From the IMG/VR virus record IMGVR_UViG_3300017913_002066, positions 1 to 51,932 of that record: DNA of 51,932 bases; one strand, 5' to 3'. A program made the translations under genes and the position numbers. Of the stretch, positions 33,558 to 48,500 are shown piece by piece (positions within the stretch are counted from its first letter, which is position 1; every line of letters starts with the position of its first letter). The notes under the pieces are model-generated. The model was not told the origin of the DNA. It ran no database searches and worked only from the letters and a program-made list of their open reading frames with translations. Origin of the DNA: a virus. Its lineage: Duplodnaviria > Caudoviricetes.

Positions 33558-36500
33558 TCGCGGTAAGTCCGTTGTTGAATTTCGCAAGAAGCGAGCAATG
33601 TTTCCTTCAGCTTTACTTAGCTGTGTTCCTGGATCGCTCCAAATTCTTCCTTGTTTTCTAATAATCATAACCTTTGAATTTACTGGTGCAGGCTCTGCTA
33701 ATGTTATTGTCGAGCCAGATAGTGTAAATTCTGCGGCTAATGTTTGATCACCTTCTGGTGAATCCATTTGAGGTGCGCTTACAGTGTTACCATCACCATC
33801 TACAGTTTCAAACTGATAACTGCTTATGCTGTTTTTACGCAAACGCTTACCTGCAACAAACACTTCAAATGTATCAATTGCTGTTCCAGAACCGCTTGGA
33901 TCTGCTGGTGTCCAATCTAGCTGGAACTCAGTGCTTGTGCCATCGCCGTCAAGTGTAAGTGTTATTGTTTCATCCTTGTAAGGCATGTTTTGATCTATAC
34001 CCTGATGATACACTTCTGTTCCTTCACGATATACATTCTTTGCACCAGTACCAAGTGTCGCTCTGCGTAGTTGCTTTAGTACATTGCCGTCTCTTACAAA
34101 GTATTCAATACGCTCACCTTCAATCCAAATAATGCTTGGTAAGTCTGGATTTGCACCTGGCTGTGGAAGTTTGTCTCCGTTTTCAACTTCAATAGTTTTA
34201 TCCCATGGATACAAATCTCTTACAAGTAAGATATCTTCTGAACCAGTTAGACGCTTGTAGTGCGTTCTGTTTAGCATATCCTTAAACTGTCTCCAACCAA
34301 ACTTTTGTACAAGTGTTGTTGCACTAAACTGTATTATATCTAAAGTATCGTTTTCTGCAATATCATGTACAATCTTGAGATACTTTTTGTTGTCTGTTAC
34401 ATAATAATCAACACTTGGTGTTAGTAATGTTCCATTTTTTGCTACCCATACATATTGTGCATCTTGTGCAGGCTTGCGAAGTTCGATCAGTCCGTTACGT
34501 AAGTGACGTAGCTGATACCAATCTTCTGTACCCTTGGTAATTTTTGTACGCTCTACAGCATCAAATTCTGAACGTTCAATACCTTGTACGCTGTCATTAT
34601 TAAATGTATAAACTGTGATTATATCACTAGACTCATAAACATTGTCCATATATATTGTACCAGGTGTGCTTACAAACTCACCTTCGCTATCCCAGTATCC
34701 ATATGCATATTGACCGTCTTTGATTGCATATACTCTTAGTGTATCACCTGTTGTTCCTACACCCGGTAATAGTGTAATAGTCGAACCTTCTTGTTGATCA
34801 AGTGCTGTGCTTTCATCAAACTCGCCTGCACTTACAAAGTTCCACTGCTGGCCGTATGTAAGTTCAACATCATTCAAATAAACAAGCAAGTCTTGATGGT
34901 TGAATGTACCTAGTGGAACTTGCCATAAGTTAAGTTGATATTCTCTTGTGTCTGTGACTGCAAACTGTTCGCTATATCCTGCTGTCAAAATAGTGTCATT
35001 AACTTTAACAATAGTATTATGCTGACTAGGTGTTGCACTAAATGGTGTTGTTTCAAGAGTAAATGTAATAGAACTTCCGTCTCCGATAAATTCATCTATT
35101 TGGACACTACTATAGTTTTGTGTTGTTCCTTCAAATATACCGTAATTAACAACCTTACCGTCTGCAACAGGAGAACCAAATCTTATTACTACATTGCCTG
35201 GCACATCAAAACTACTGTCATCGCTCTTTACAAGAATAGTTTCTTGCTCAACACCGTCAATAGTTGCATAGTGTGTCATGTTTTCAGTAAAGCGAACATT
35301 TGTTAGGAAGTCGCCTGTGCTGTTATCTCCAACAAATGTACCATAATCTAAAACATTTTGTCCTGCAACGTCTAGTGTAATAATATTAACTCTTGTACCA
35401 GTTGAAGGTGCTACATCAAGCGTAATAGATTTTCTATCTGTCGCAAATTCATAATCATCAGATGTTTGTATGCTGTCGCCTACCTTAACAAAAATGTTGT
35501 TGTTAAATGCAATATTTTGATCTATGTTAAAGGTCTTAGTACTGCCGTCACCTATGTAGTTGAAACTACGTATGTTACTTCCGCCAGTTGTTGGACGTTC
35601 ATATACTTGTATATCTACAGTATCAATAACTTGTCCAGGAACAATCTCTTCAGGACCTTTTGATGTTGTAGGTGTAACAAAACCGTCACCATCAACTGTA
35701 ATATCTTCTGCGTTTAATCCGCTTGCTGAAGTATAAGGGAAATTGCCACCTTCAATTACAGTGTCATAACCAAATGGATCTGCTAAGAAGCTACCATCAC
35801 TTGTTTTCTTACGTATTACAAGTGTGTCACCATCTGCAACTCTAATGTTATAGTTGTCTAAGTAAATTACAGTTGTTTCACCGTCACCTACTAGTGTTTC
35901 CATAATTGCATTTTGGTTAGTAATTTCTGTACTACCGTCATAGTCAGGATCATCAATTCTTACATTGTTTTTATAGACGTTGTATTCTACACCATTTTCA
36001 AGTGCCTTAGAAAGTGTAATCTGTGTTGTACTACCATCAAAGTTAAATACTTCATCTTCGTATGTTTCATCATATGAATCCCATACTCCTGAGAACCAAT
36101 CATCTGTGTCAAATCCGCCTTGGTTTTCAAATCCAAAGCTCTTAACTTCTACTCCACCGTAGTCAATACCGTCCATTACTTGTGATAGTGACTTGCCAAG
36201 CATTCCAGTTGTTGGATCATATTCTAAATTCACCCTATCTTGTGCAGTAAGTAAGTCTGGTGACTTCTTATACTTTATTACCACTGCTTTTAAGTTTGCA
36301 GGAGGTGTTGAAAGAGTTATTTCACCTTTGTATCTTGTGTAGGTTTTTGTGTTATCTACTTTGTTACGATATGTGTATTCACTTGATAACAGTTCGATGC
36401 CGCCGACAGTAACACTAATTGTGCTAGGTTTTAGGTCAATTGGCCATTTCAAATCATAAATGTATTGGCTTCCTGATCCTACAAAGTTTTCAGTTTCGCT

Positions 36501-39500
36501 TAGTTTTGTAATAATGTAACTACTGCTAATTCTGTCAAACTTTACATGGGTTGTAAAACTTCTTACAGTTTCATGGCCAATAACAGCACTTGCTTTTGCA
36601 TTTGTACCTTCTGGATTTGAACCATTGACTTCTAGTGTTGGTGCGCTGATGTATCCGCTACCTGGATTTATCACATCAATCTTTACAACCTTACCGTTAG
36701 CACCTAAGTAACTCTTAAACTTAGCACCTGATCCGCCGCCACCAACTGCTGTGATTACAGGAGGTTCAACATACTTTGTTCCACCATCATAAAGATTTAC
36801 ACTCTTAATTTCATAACTTGCATTATCTAACCAATGCTTGTAAGGATAAGTTGTAATATCACTGTCAGTACCAACAATCATATCGTCTAACACTTGTGTA
36901 TTGTGTGGAAGGATTGTTTCTCTACCTTCAACAAATCTAGGTGGAAGATCAAAGTCAGTAATAACACTGTTTGTTGGCTCAAGTCTTTCGTAGCTTGATA
37001 GATATTCTCTTAATTTTGTTTTGAACGGTTTAACTTCTTCTAGATAATCTTCATAGCTAGGTAAGTTATCGTTATTAAATGTAATATCTTCTCTAAGCTC
37101 ACCAGCATTGTGCTGTGCAGTAACGAAACTTGTTTTAAATGCCCAATCTATGTAAGGCTGTTCGCTCATAGCATATCTAATGCTTGCAAAGAACAGCTGA
37201 TTGTATTCATCTTCTAGATCTTCAATAAACAAATTATCTCTAATTACTTCTAGGATTTTACGCTGTTCTGTAATAGGTTGTGAATCAAAGAACTGGACGT
37301 CAAAACTAATACTATCATAACCGTTTAGACTTGCACTTACATCATACAATCCTGCACTTAATTCTATTGTACCGTTTTCTCTACCAATAGTTTTATAATT
37401 TACTGTGTAATCAGTTGTTGCCTGATCGTCAATCTTTTGTAGTAACAACCAGCCACCTGTTCCTATTGTACTGATTTTTACCACATCACCGATATTATCA
37501 TCTAAACCAAATAGCTGGTAAGAGTAATCTACAAGATAGTTGATTTCTGTTGTAGCATTATATCCTGTAGCATACCAATCAATGTAACTCCAGTACAATT
37601 CTGTGTTAAATGACTGACTTCTAATTCTACTCCAATTTCTTGATGCAGTTCTTTCATATATTGCCCATTTACCTGCAATAGTTTCATCTGCTTTGATTAA
37701 AACATTGAACTTTCTAACTTCAATAGTTGCACCATCTTCGTAATTCTCACCTTGATTAATTACATTTACACTTGTGATATTACCACTAGTGCCAATAGTA
37801 AATTCTAATTCGGCACCTTCGCCTGTACCAATAATCTTATATGTTGGAACAACTAGATAGCCACTACCAGCATCTGTAATATTAACACGTATTATCTTAC
37901 CGTTTTCAATCACAGGTGTAAGCTGTGCTTGTCTTGCTTTTGCAACACCAACTAATTCCAGTTCTGCAAAGGTATCTACACTTGTATCATACAATCTTGT
38001 TGTAGTTGAAGGAAATTCTTCTTTGTATGACAGACCTGTAATATCTTTAGTTTCAACAATTAAGTTTTGTGCTAGAATACTGTTTGCTCTTTCAACAAGT
38101 TGCTTGCGAGCTTCAATAGCATTTACAAACATACTTTGTCTTGGATTGTTAAGTATTCCGTATTTCTTCTTAGCGCCAAGAGTAGGATCGGGTACTGTTC
38201 TATTTCTAGTGTCATAACCAATTAAACTATCAAACCACTTGCGTTCAATATCTCTATTTGGCTTGCTTGTTCCTAGTCCGTCTGTAATAATCTGATACTG
38301 ATTGTGAATATTCTGATCTTGATCTTCACCTGTATAATACTGTATGCTTACAGCGACATCATCACCTTCAATTAATGTGTCACAATTATTAATTGCAAAC
38401 TGACTATCACTAAAGAATGAAACATATCTATATCCAGATCCATATGGATCTCTAATTAACTTTGCTGTGTTAAATGCACTTTCAGTTCTAAATTCATTGT
38501 CTGGAATAGTCTTTTTATCTTTGACCCAGAAGAAATATTTTTCAGTAAATGATTGGCTTATGCTATCATATACTTTCTTAACAACATAGTTTTCTACATT
38601 TTTTGCTTGTCCGCTAATACCTTGTGCTACACCGTCATTAGTATCAGCCTGTGCATTCCAAGACGTAGGCGAAAGTGTAGTTTCTACCCACTCATAAACA
38701 TCAATGCTTGCACCTTGATATAATTTATTCCAGTTGTTAGTAGAATATGTAATATCACCTTGATACGGATTTATAAACTTAGCATTTGTTAAGTCCCACC
38801 AAAGCTGTCCTACTTGCTCAGGTCCCCAACTGTTGAATTTATCAACAACTACCCCTGTGCCGTCTGTGTAAGTTGCAGGATCATAATAGGTTTTATAACG
38901 TAATTCTTGGTCTGCTTGACCAGCAATTTTACCTTGTAATGGATCAATATAATCAAGATATGTCAGCAAGTCTTTTGTTTTTGTGTTATAAAGTATAATC
39001 TTTTTAATCTTACTTAGATCACCTGGATCTTTAGGTGTTCTTGTTTGATTCCAAACTTTGCCTTCAATTCTATAATCAAGCAGACGTCCTAGTGTATAGG
39101 TATTTGGAATTCTTGGCAATCCTACATAAACATGATTACGTGCTGTAACAATATTTCTACCAAAGTATCTTACACTATCATCATTGTATTGTATTATGTC
39201 TGCATATAGTAGTTTGTTACCTACGTTTTCGTAGATATACACAACACCGTCATTTACATTTGTAGTTCTAAACTTTGTAAATGAATTATCAAAAGATGTT
39301 GCAGTATCTGTAAGCGACGAAGTAGGATCATTCACATAAGTTTCTCCTTCTTTCTTTTCGCTATACACATCAAATGTTGATTCAAACAAACTGTCTGCAT
39401 TTTTACTACCAATTGCAAGAATGTTGCCGTCGTAACTCAATGCATGTCCAAACTGTTCAGCTCTTTCATTTTTTGGACTATTCAAAGTTTGATCTAAATT

Positions 39501-42500
39501 AAATTTGCCTTCGCTTTGTCTATAGATATAAACAACACCTTGGTCAGCATTTACATCATCATCAAAAGGTGCGCCAACAGCTATGCTCATTCCATCATTT
39601 GAAATTGCTACACTATCTGCAAATCCAATAGTTTTGCTAGGTGCTTCAATTAATTGATCAAATTCAAAGAAACCTTGGTTAATTCTATAAACAACAACGC
39701 CGTTTGGTTTTGCTTCGTTGTATGTTACACTTGCTACTAATACTTCGCCGTTTGCATTTACATCAAAAGTATTACCAAACACTCCTAATGATTCTTGATC
39801 AAGCACTGTACTGCCGTCGGTGCTGTCATTTATTACAGCAAGTCCGGTATCGTTAGGAATATAACCTACATAATCTACAAGATCATTTGTACTTGTCCAA
39901 TCACTTGCAGTAAAGTCTCCTGCACTCACGTTTGTAATTGCACGTAGTAGTGATCCGCCTAGATATACAATATCATTTTCTTGATATGTTCTGCTTGTGC
40001 TAAATTCGCCTTTGAATTGCTTGTTCTTTGCTGTGTCCCAATCAAATGTTACGCCGTTTTCAACACCCTTTTTATATTGATAAATCCTACCATTTGCACT
40101 TCCATCTTGTGAAGCATAAACAAAAGCTCTATAAAGATCATTAATTTTACTTCCTTTAATTTCAGTACCAAGGTATTGATTGTCGCCTCTGTATTCATTA
40201 ATAAAGTAACCTTCTGGTAAGAAGTAGCCAGCAACAGTACGTTTCCAAATACTAAACATACCTTCATTAGTGTATGTGCTAGGTGTAGCAAAACTGCCTG
40301 CAGGTATTTTATAAACTTCATTCCAGCTATTGCTTTCTGAACTAGGAATAGTTGCTTGTCTTGGAATACCCGATACGGTGCCTTTATCGTATAACCAATA
40401 CTCTGTTTCTAACAAGAAGTTATCGTATCTGTTATTTGTGAGAGGATTAACAGCTGGCAATGCAATATCATCATCTGCTTGCAATACAACAAACTTACCA
40501 ATACCAAACGGAGCATATTCAAAATTAACTTGATCTATCTGTCCAAAGATTTGAGTACCTTGGTAATTAGGATCTGATCTTCCTGGATCGCCTAACAATT
40601 CAATTTCAGTATTGTCGCCGAAGTTGTTACCTAAGCTAAAGTTTCCTGTTTTGTTCTTAACAAAAATTGTTCCTGTTGAACCGTTTCTAATATAAAATAC
40701 AACATCTGCTTCTGCCCCAGTGTTTGTATCTCTTACACGCAGGTTATCTGTTCTATCATCTGGATGAACTCCTGGTTCAAATACTTTTGGTTCAAAGAAT
40801 TCACCAGCAAGCGGTCCTGCTTGTATTGTTTTTGTAAAGTTGAAATCTATATATCCGTCCCAAATATCATACACAGTTTGTGCTTTGTTAGTCGTTGCTG
40901 TAGTAATAGATAAATCTCTAATATCAATGAATGAAGGATCAGCATAAACTTCCCAGTTTCTTTCAGCTGTGTCATTATCAATAATTTCATTTGCAAACAA
41001 AGCATCTTCTGCGCTTGTATGATCTCTCAGGCACTTGTAAAGTATTTCTCCAACTTTTACAATAGTACCTACAGTATATGATCTGTTGTTTGTCCATACT
41101 AAATCAAAGAACTTTTCTGATTGATCAACAAATAAATTAATTGTATCATCTTTGGCTAGTGTGTCTGTCAGTGCTTTGGCACCTTTAACAACATAAAGAT
41201 CGCTTAATATAGGAGTAGTTACACCTAATGCACCTGGAGCACCTACTGTGCTTAGTGTTCTAATATAACTACCGATTGAGTTTTGACTATTAACACTGCT
41301 GTCATCATCATAATCTAAGCTATTGTAGTAAGCTCTATTTTCATTTGTAGATCCACTTGGTGTGAAATCTTCATATATTAAACCTTTACCGCTGTCTGTT
41401 AGTAATCCTGCAGTCAGTCCAGTTGTGTAACTGTTGTCTGTTTCGATTACCCAAAAGCCGCCCCATTCCTCTGAATAGTCTTCAGTATCTGTATCTAGAC
41501 TTTTAACAAATTCACCAATAAAGTCACCTGTGTCAAAGAATGCACTACCGGAACTTGGGAATGTACCATTTACATCTTTCATGTACAGTGTAACTTGTGC
41601 GCCATTTACATACTTGTAAGCTACTGTGCCTTTTGCACCATTTGTTTCAACAATATCATCAACATTAGGAATATTTGTACTTGCATCAACATAAATTACA
41701 CTATCAATCTTGTAAAGGATTGTATGTTCGCCTGTAATAAATGTACTGCTTAGTTCGCTGTAGTTACTGTTGAACGGAGCAAGATCTTCTAAAATTCTTT
41801 TTTGCTGATTAGCATATGTTCTTTGATTCCATTTAAGACTTACTATATCAGTTACTTTAGATCCATCATACATATCTTTAGGAGCTCTAACAATAAGTTG
41901 ATTAGTGCTTGTATTTGTAAATGGATAATTACCTGTAGCAAGAACTATAGGTGCTTCAGAAGTTTTCACAGTTAAGCCTAATGCAGCACGTATTTGCGTT
42001 ACACTTGCAAAACTATCAAATTGGATTGCAGCTTCTGCTCCTTCGATGCCTAGCAGTGCTTGCCATAGTCTATCTTCATGTTTTACAATATCATTTTTTA
42101 GATAATCAGTTGTATTGACATAATCATCTTTGAACTGTGTTTTTACATTACTTGCATTTGGAGAGCCAACATAGATATAAGATCCATCTTCACTGACTTC
42201 TACGCTTGCGCCAAATCTTTCGCCATCAGCAGATGCATTTACAAGAGGATCTAACTCGCTAGTAAGCAACCAGTTGCTTGTTTCACTAGGTCTTGTATAA
42301 ACAAGTACCTTACCATTTCCTCTGTCTGGAATACCAATTGCTAATGTAGTGTTTCTAGTATTAACACTTATCGCACTTGCAAAATGTTCTAGAGAATTAT
42401 CTGAAGATTCATTTTCAAGTTCATTCTCTAGTTTATAATTTTTATCATTTTGTAGAACACTCCACTTTCCGGCATTATCATCAATCCAAAGTATATCTTT

Positions 42501-45500
42501 GTCTTCGAGTGTTTTTTGTGCTACTTTATTTGCTTCATCTACATTTGCAGATCTTACTTTTACAAAGTTTGTAATATAGCCAGTTGTATCTTCGATATCA
42601 TCTACATTTTCTTCAGTTCCAAGTGTAATCTTGTCTCCTGTTAGGCTTTTGACTTTATAAAATCCTTGTATATCGTCAATATCAAAAATACCAATAACAT
42701 CACCTACTTCAATGTCTTTGTAGGTTTCTTTTAGATTTAGTACAAATTCGTCTGCGCCGCCTGTTACACTCTTAACAATGTTGCTAGTATTTGAATACTT
42801 ATAGACGCTCCAAGTTCTTACATCTGTACCTACCCATACATAATCGCCTTGACGCATATCGTCAAATGTAAGCTCTGCTATTTTATCATAAGTTTCTGCT
42901 ATTACTTTGATATCTTCCTGATTTACATAGCCTGCATCTCTTACAAATGTTTTATCAACATACTTTGTAGGGAAGGGCGAATGATCATAGTTATCAGGCT
43001 TTTGATAAACTTGATGAGGTAATATTTTGTATATTAAGTCTGTATCGTTAGCAGGCACACTTTGCACAAGGTCAATAGGCTGAGGTGCTAGTCTAAATTC
43101 AGTTTCATCTAGCTTATAATCGACTTCTTGGAAATTATCAACTGCGCCATATTGGCCGTCTTTAATTGCCCATTCTTCATAAAACTCTAGGCTATCTTTG
43201 TTAGCACTTGCAAGTGCATCAAACATCTTTGTAAGTGCATTCTTAGTGCCTTTGTCTTGCAACATACCTTGATAGAACTTGTACTGACTTACATCGTCAT
43301 TGATAATATTTTCTAGGTACTGACGCTTTTGATAACCAATCAAGTGCTGTGCAAGTCTCTGCTGTTCAACATCAAAGTTGTCGCTGTCTAGATCATAAAA
43401 ATCAGTAAATTGTATTGCTTTGTAGTCCCAGTTTGAATACAATCCGCCAACTGGCTTGTCAGTTAATCTTGCCCACTGGTTGTCAATAAATGTTTCTGTA
43501 CCAGGAATCTTTTGATCTGCTGAATAGTAAAACTCTTTGTATTTTACAATAGCACCTACATTGTAATCAACCCAAGGCTCCCATTCTACAATCTTTGCAT
43601 CATCATAGAAGAATCCTGGAATGCTAATGCTACCATTCCATTCATCCGTTCTATAGCCAGATACCTTAATACGCTCTTGTCTGTAGCCAGGTTCTTGGTC
43701 ATAAATTACATCACCAAACACTGTTTTATTATCAAGTAGTACAACATGTTCTTTTTGAACTAACGGTAAAGATATTGCGTATATTCCATCAGCTGTGTTT
43801 CGTGTATGCATATAGAATTCGTTTGGATTTTCTCTACCAACTGCAATAAATTCTCTGTTAAGTTTTTTACCATCAGCTTTTGTCACACTGTAGCCATACA
43901 ATGTATCATATACATTAGCAACAACACTGTAGTCGCTCTTAAACTTTAAGAATTGTGCTGCAGGTGATATAGTAATAAGTGTTCCGTTATCCCAACGCTG
44001 TGTTGTCCAGAACATAAACTGTTTGGCACTGTATGACCAATCCTGCACAACAGCTTCGTTGCCTTCATAATAATCAAAAACAAAACCTTGTTCTTCTAAA
44101 TACTTTCCATATCCTAGCATAAAATCTACAACTTCTTGTAAAGTTGTAAATGTTGTTCCGTAAGCATATTCTTTTACGGTACTAGTATTAAACAATCTTG
44201 CAAAACTAGCTCTTACCCCTCCTACTATCGGAAGTTCTGCAAGTTTTACACTTTTCTCTGAATCAAGTGTTCCGCCTGATGTATGTCCTTCTGTGATACG
44301 GAAGTACGCACCTTGGAATTCTACAATCTGACCTTGTTCATAATATTTGCCGTCAGTCCATTGTAGGAAGTCTTCACTGATGCCGCCTATTGTTATTACA
44401 GGATCTTTTGACTGTTTTTGCACAGGATGTGTTTTAAAGCTGGCGCTTGTATTGCTGTAGCCTCTTACTGTGTAACCACCTGCAACCTTTTCAACAATTA
44501 CACCACTGTATGCAACAGTTCTTGTCGGTGTGCTTGTGTTTAAAATTATTTCATAATTCTCTTCTGGTACAAAAACATTGCCTTGATTGTAAGGACTTCT
44601 ACTGTCAAGTATTAGCTTGAACTTTGCCTTTTCTGTAAATGCACCCAGCTTAAAACCAATGTTGTTTTGAATGTTGCTAATATTTTGTTGATATGTTTCA
44701 TAGCTACTTGTAGTATCTAAGAACATATAATCTGCAACATAATTTACAATACCGCTAGTATAAGTTTGTGTTTTAGAATTTACACTTGGAGGATATACTA
44801 TATTATCTAGTTCAATATGTTTGTTAGTGTCTTTATAAACTAACTGGCCAGCAGCATCCCTAATTTGTCTTGATCTGTCAAATGCAGTTGCAAACATTCT
44901 GTTTGGTTGATTTATAATTAAACTGTTTATAAGTGCAAATGGATACTCGCTAGATTTGCGCCAAGCTGATTCAGCAGGAGCACCGTCACCAAACTGGAAG
45001 TTATCTTCAATTCCTAAACTTGTAAATCCTTGTGCATATCCGCTTGCAAGAGGGCTTAGTATTTCACCACTTTCGCCAGCAGGAATATGCTGTGTAAGAT
45101 TTACTCTTTTATACTTTTCTACAAATCTTGCGGCTTTGTTTGGTTCTGCTATTTTACCTGCTTCAATGTCTTGCCACATAACCAAGTTGTCGCCTGTGTA
45201 AGGTGCTGGACCGTAGTTTGTTTCCCACCAAGTTGGCTTTACAGTAAAGCCTAGCATTTCCCAAGGATGAGTATGAGGACGGTCTGTGTCAAATGCTGTC
45301 ATATACACTTGGCGCCAGTAACCTGGTAATTTTTTACCACTAGGACTTTGCATTGATTCATAGTTAAATGTAAATGAATCAGAACGTACAAAATCATTTT
45401 TCGTGTAATCTACATCAACAAGTTTTGTCCATTCGATAAAATCACTTAGCATTGCTTTATCAATAGCAGTCTTTTTAAGATCAGCTACGCGATTTTCATT

Positions 45501-48500
45501 TTCAATATAATCTGTCAAATCAAAAACTTTTTGATCATATGCAATTTTTATATTATTGTAAATTCTTTTTTCTAATTCTAATAATAGATTGTCTCTAAAA
45601 TCGCCATATGCTTTTGTAATACTACCGTCGTGTCCTTGTATTACATCAACTGCTGTTCTATAGGTGTTGTCAGTATATTTTGTCGGTTCCCATGCAGGAT
45701 ATAATCCCAGTTTTGTAGGAGTAGCAGGAACATATGAACCGTTTGTATTCTCGTATTCGTATATTGTTACTACATCATCTTCTGATTTAGTAGCTGTGAT
45801 AACAGCAAAGCCTTCTGTATTAAACGTGTAATCTTTACCGTGTATAAGTTGAACGCCGTTTAGATATACTGTAACTGCTTTCTTATCAAGCACAGTTTTA
45901 TCAAATGCTCTGGTTAGTGCAAAGAATGTGTTGTTAGGATCATCGATCTCATAGCGTAATTCTTTGGCCGCGCCAAGTGGTACCATATCACTAAAGAAGA
46001 ATGGCTGTGTTTCTGTTTTACTTTTATTCATTTCAGCAAATATTAAATCTACATGTGTTTTAATATCGCCTTCAAATCCTAGTGTTTCAGCTACTTGGAT
46101 AAATCTACGCTTAAATTTGCCGTATTCTTTTCTGCTAAATTTAATAGCATTAATAACATTACTTTCAACGCTTGTTAAATGATATAGACTATGATTAATA
46201 AGTCCGCTGTGTTTTACAAATCTACTACCAAGATCTGTTACATCTCCTAGATCACGTAAATTACTTTTACCCGGAAACTCTCCTGTAAATCCATTAACTT
46301 CTTCAACAATAGTGCTTACGTGATCATTTACTTCACCTAAAGTAAATTCTGTCAAATTAGCATTTTTTGGATTACGTTCTAGATTGATTGGAAATTCGTA
46401 ATGACCATTTGCATTCTTATCTGTTGCACTTTTAGTTTTTAATAAAACAACATCACCTACAGTTAGGTCACTGATAAACTCAATGTGATCTACACTATTC
46501 ACATCGGTAGTAATTTTGTAATCAACATCTTGCTTTTGTATTTTGTTGTTCTTATAAACACGCAACCACATGTCTGAAATATTTGCACTTTCGTCATATT
46601 GGTCTATAGCAAAACTATCCTGTGTTCCGTCATATATGTACTGACGTAAAACTTTTTGGTTTGATAGATACTTTGCTTTTTTATAACCACTAACATAATC
46701 AAACGAATCAATGTCTGTGTATTTCTTTAAGAATGTAATATCGCTGTTAATAGTTTTTAATGCGTTTTCTACTTGATATGTAAATGCCTGGCCAAGAAGA
46801 TTAAAGTCAAAAAGTATATCACCACTGTTTGTTATATTTCTATAGCTTAGTGGAAATCCTAATTCGCTATCATTTGACCCTGTACCACGCTTGTATGTAA
46901 AAATTGCATTTCCAGAAAAATTACTAGCATCATAAATTGTTTGATCCGAATAACTATTGCCTTCCCTATCAAATAAATCAAACAACGGACTTGTATTCAC
47001 ATCTGTTTTATCTTGACCTTGCTTCCAAACAGTTCCATTATAATAGAACATTTTACCTTTATATACCGTACCTTGTCTAACTAGTACTGTTTCATTTTCT
47101 ATTGCATCTGTATCTGTTTCATCTACAAGTGCAATCTGTGTTCTATTATTATGTTTGATGAATGTTACTTTAAATATCTTACCATACACACGTTCATCCT
47201 TATCTCCTAGGAATAAGATACGCATACCTTCAGTAAGATCTACTTTATCAATATTATAACCTGTTGCGCCTTCGATAGTTGATCTGACATCAACTGTAAA
47301 GACATCAACCAAGTCAACATCTGTTTTGTTGCTTGTACCAAAGTTAAACAAACGTATGCCTGCTTCAAACTCAATAATAGGTCTGCTTGCTCTGTTAGCC
47401 TGATCTACTTCTACAGGCTGATTGTTAATCTTTGCACTTTTTTCAATTACGTCTCTATGGAACCAGCGGTTATATCTACTCCATAAGTTGCCGTCAATGG
47501 CACTACGGTTAATAACAATATAATCTTTTGTTTCAGGATAACCTATGCTTTGTCCAAAAGGCATACGGTCAAATGCTGCACCATCAAAAGGATTTGTTAT
47601 GTTACTAGTAAATGTAGTTGGTACATCTAAACTATCTTCTTTTATAAGTCTAATTGCATCTCCAACGCCTTCGACATAATATTCACCTTCATCATAAGAG
47701 CTAGGTGTAACAGCACCAATAAAATAGATTTTCATACCATTAGATAATTCAAATCCATTTCCTGTTTTATATGTTTTCTTTCCAATTACTTCTGCTTCAA
47801 CATCAATAGTAGATGCTTCTTCAATATCAAAAACATTTATAATGCCACTAGCATTTTCGTCATTATCACTCATGTAATAAATTGTGTCTGGTGTTGTGTC
47901 AGACAGTTTAAATTCAATTACACCGCTTTCAATTCCTGCTGTTGAATCTTGTATTATATTATAGCTTGCATCATTTACACGCTTGCTTCTAAATACCAAA
48001 GGCAAGCCTGGAGTATTAATTTCAAATCTGTAGGTTACACCTCTGTATAGTTTTAAACTAGGATTAGGTGTTTTACCATCAGGTGAAAATACATAACTTC
48101 TATTATCCGCATTATCTTTTGCTGTAACAGTATATGTGCTTACAACATCAACATTTTGGCCTGCAACAGGCACACTTTGAGGACCTGTTGGGAGCCAATA
48201 GTATTCACGGAAATTAACAAATTTGTCCCAGTCAATATGCGGATCCCAAGAATAATATTCTTGCGCATTTAATTTATCGTGATTAACATTAGTACCATTA
48301 AAGTTACCTATTTGATTAATATAATCATTGTAGTCTTTATAGTACGTAACGTTGCCTAATGTATCCTTTATAACACTTGCCGGCTCTAACTGGTAGTCTT
48401 CTCGTGCTTTGCTAACATCGCCTACATAGTTGTCATCTGCTGTAAAAGCATCTGTAGTCTGACGTCCGTAATAGCCATTTATTTTCTCAGCAACGCCTGG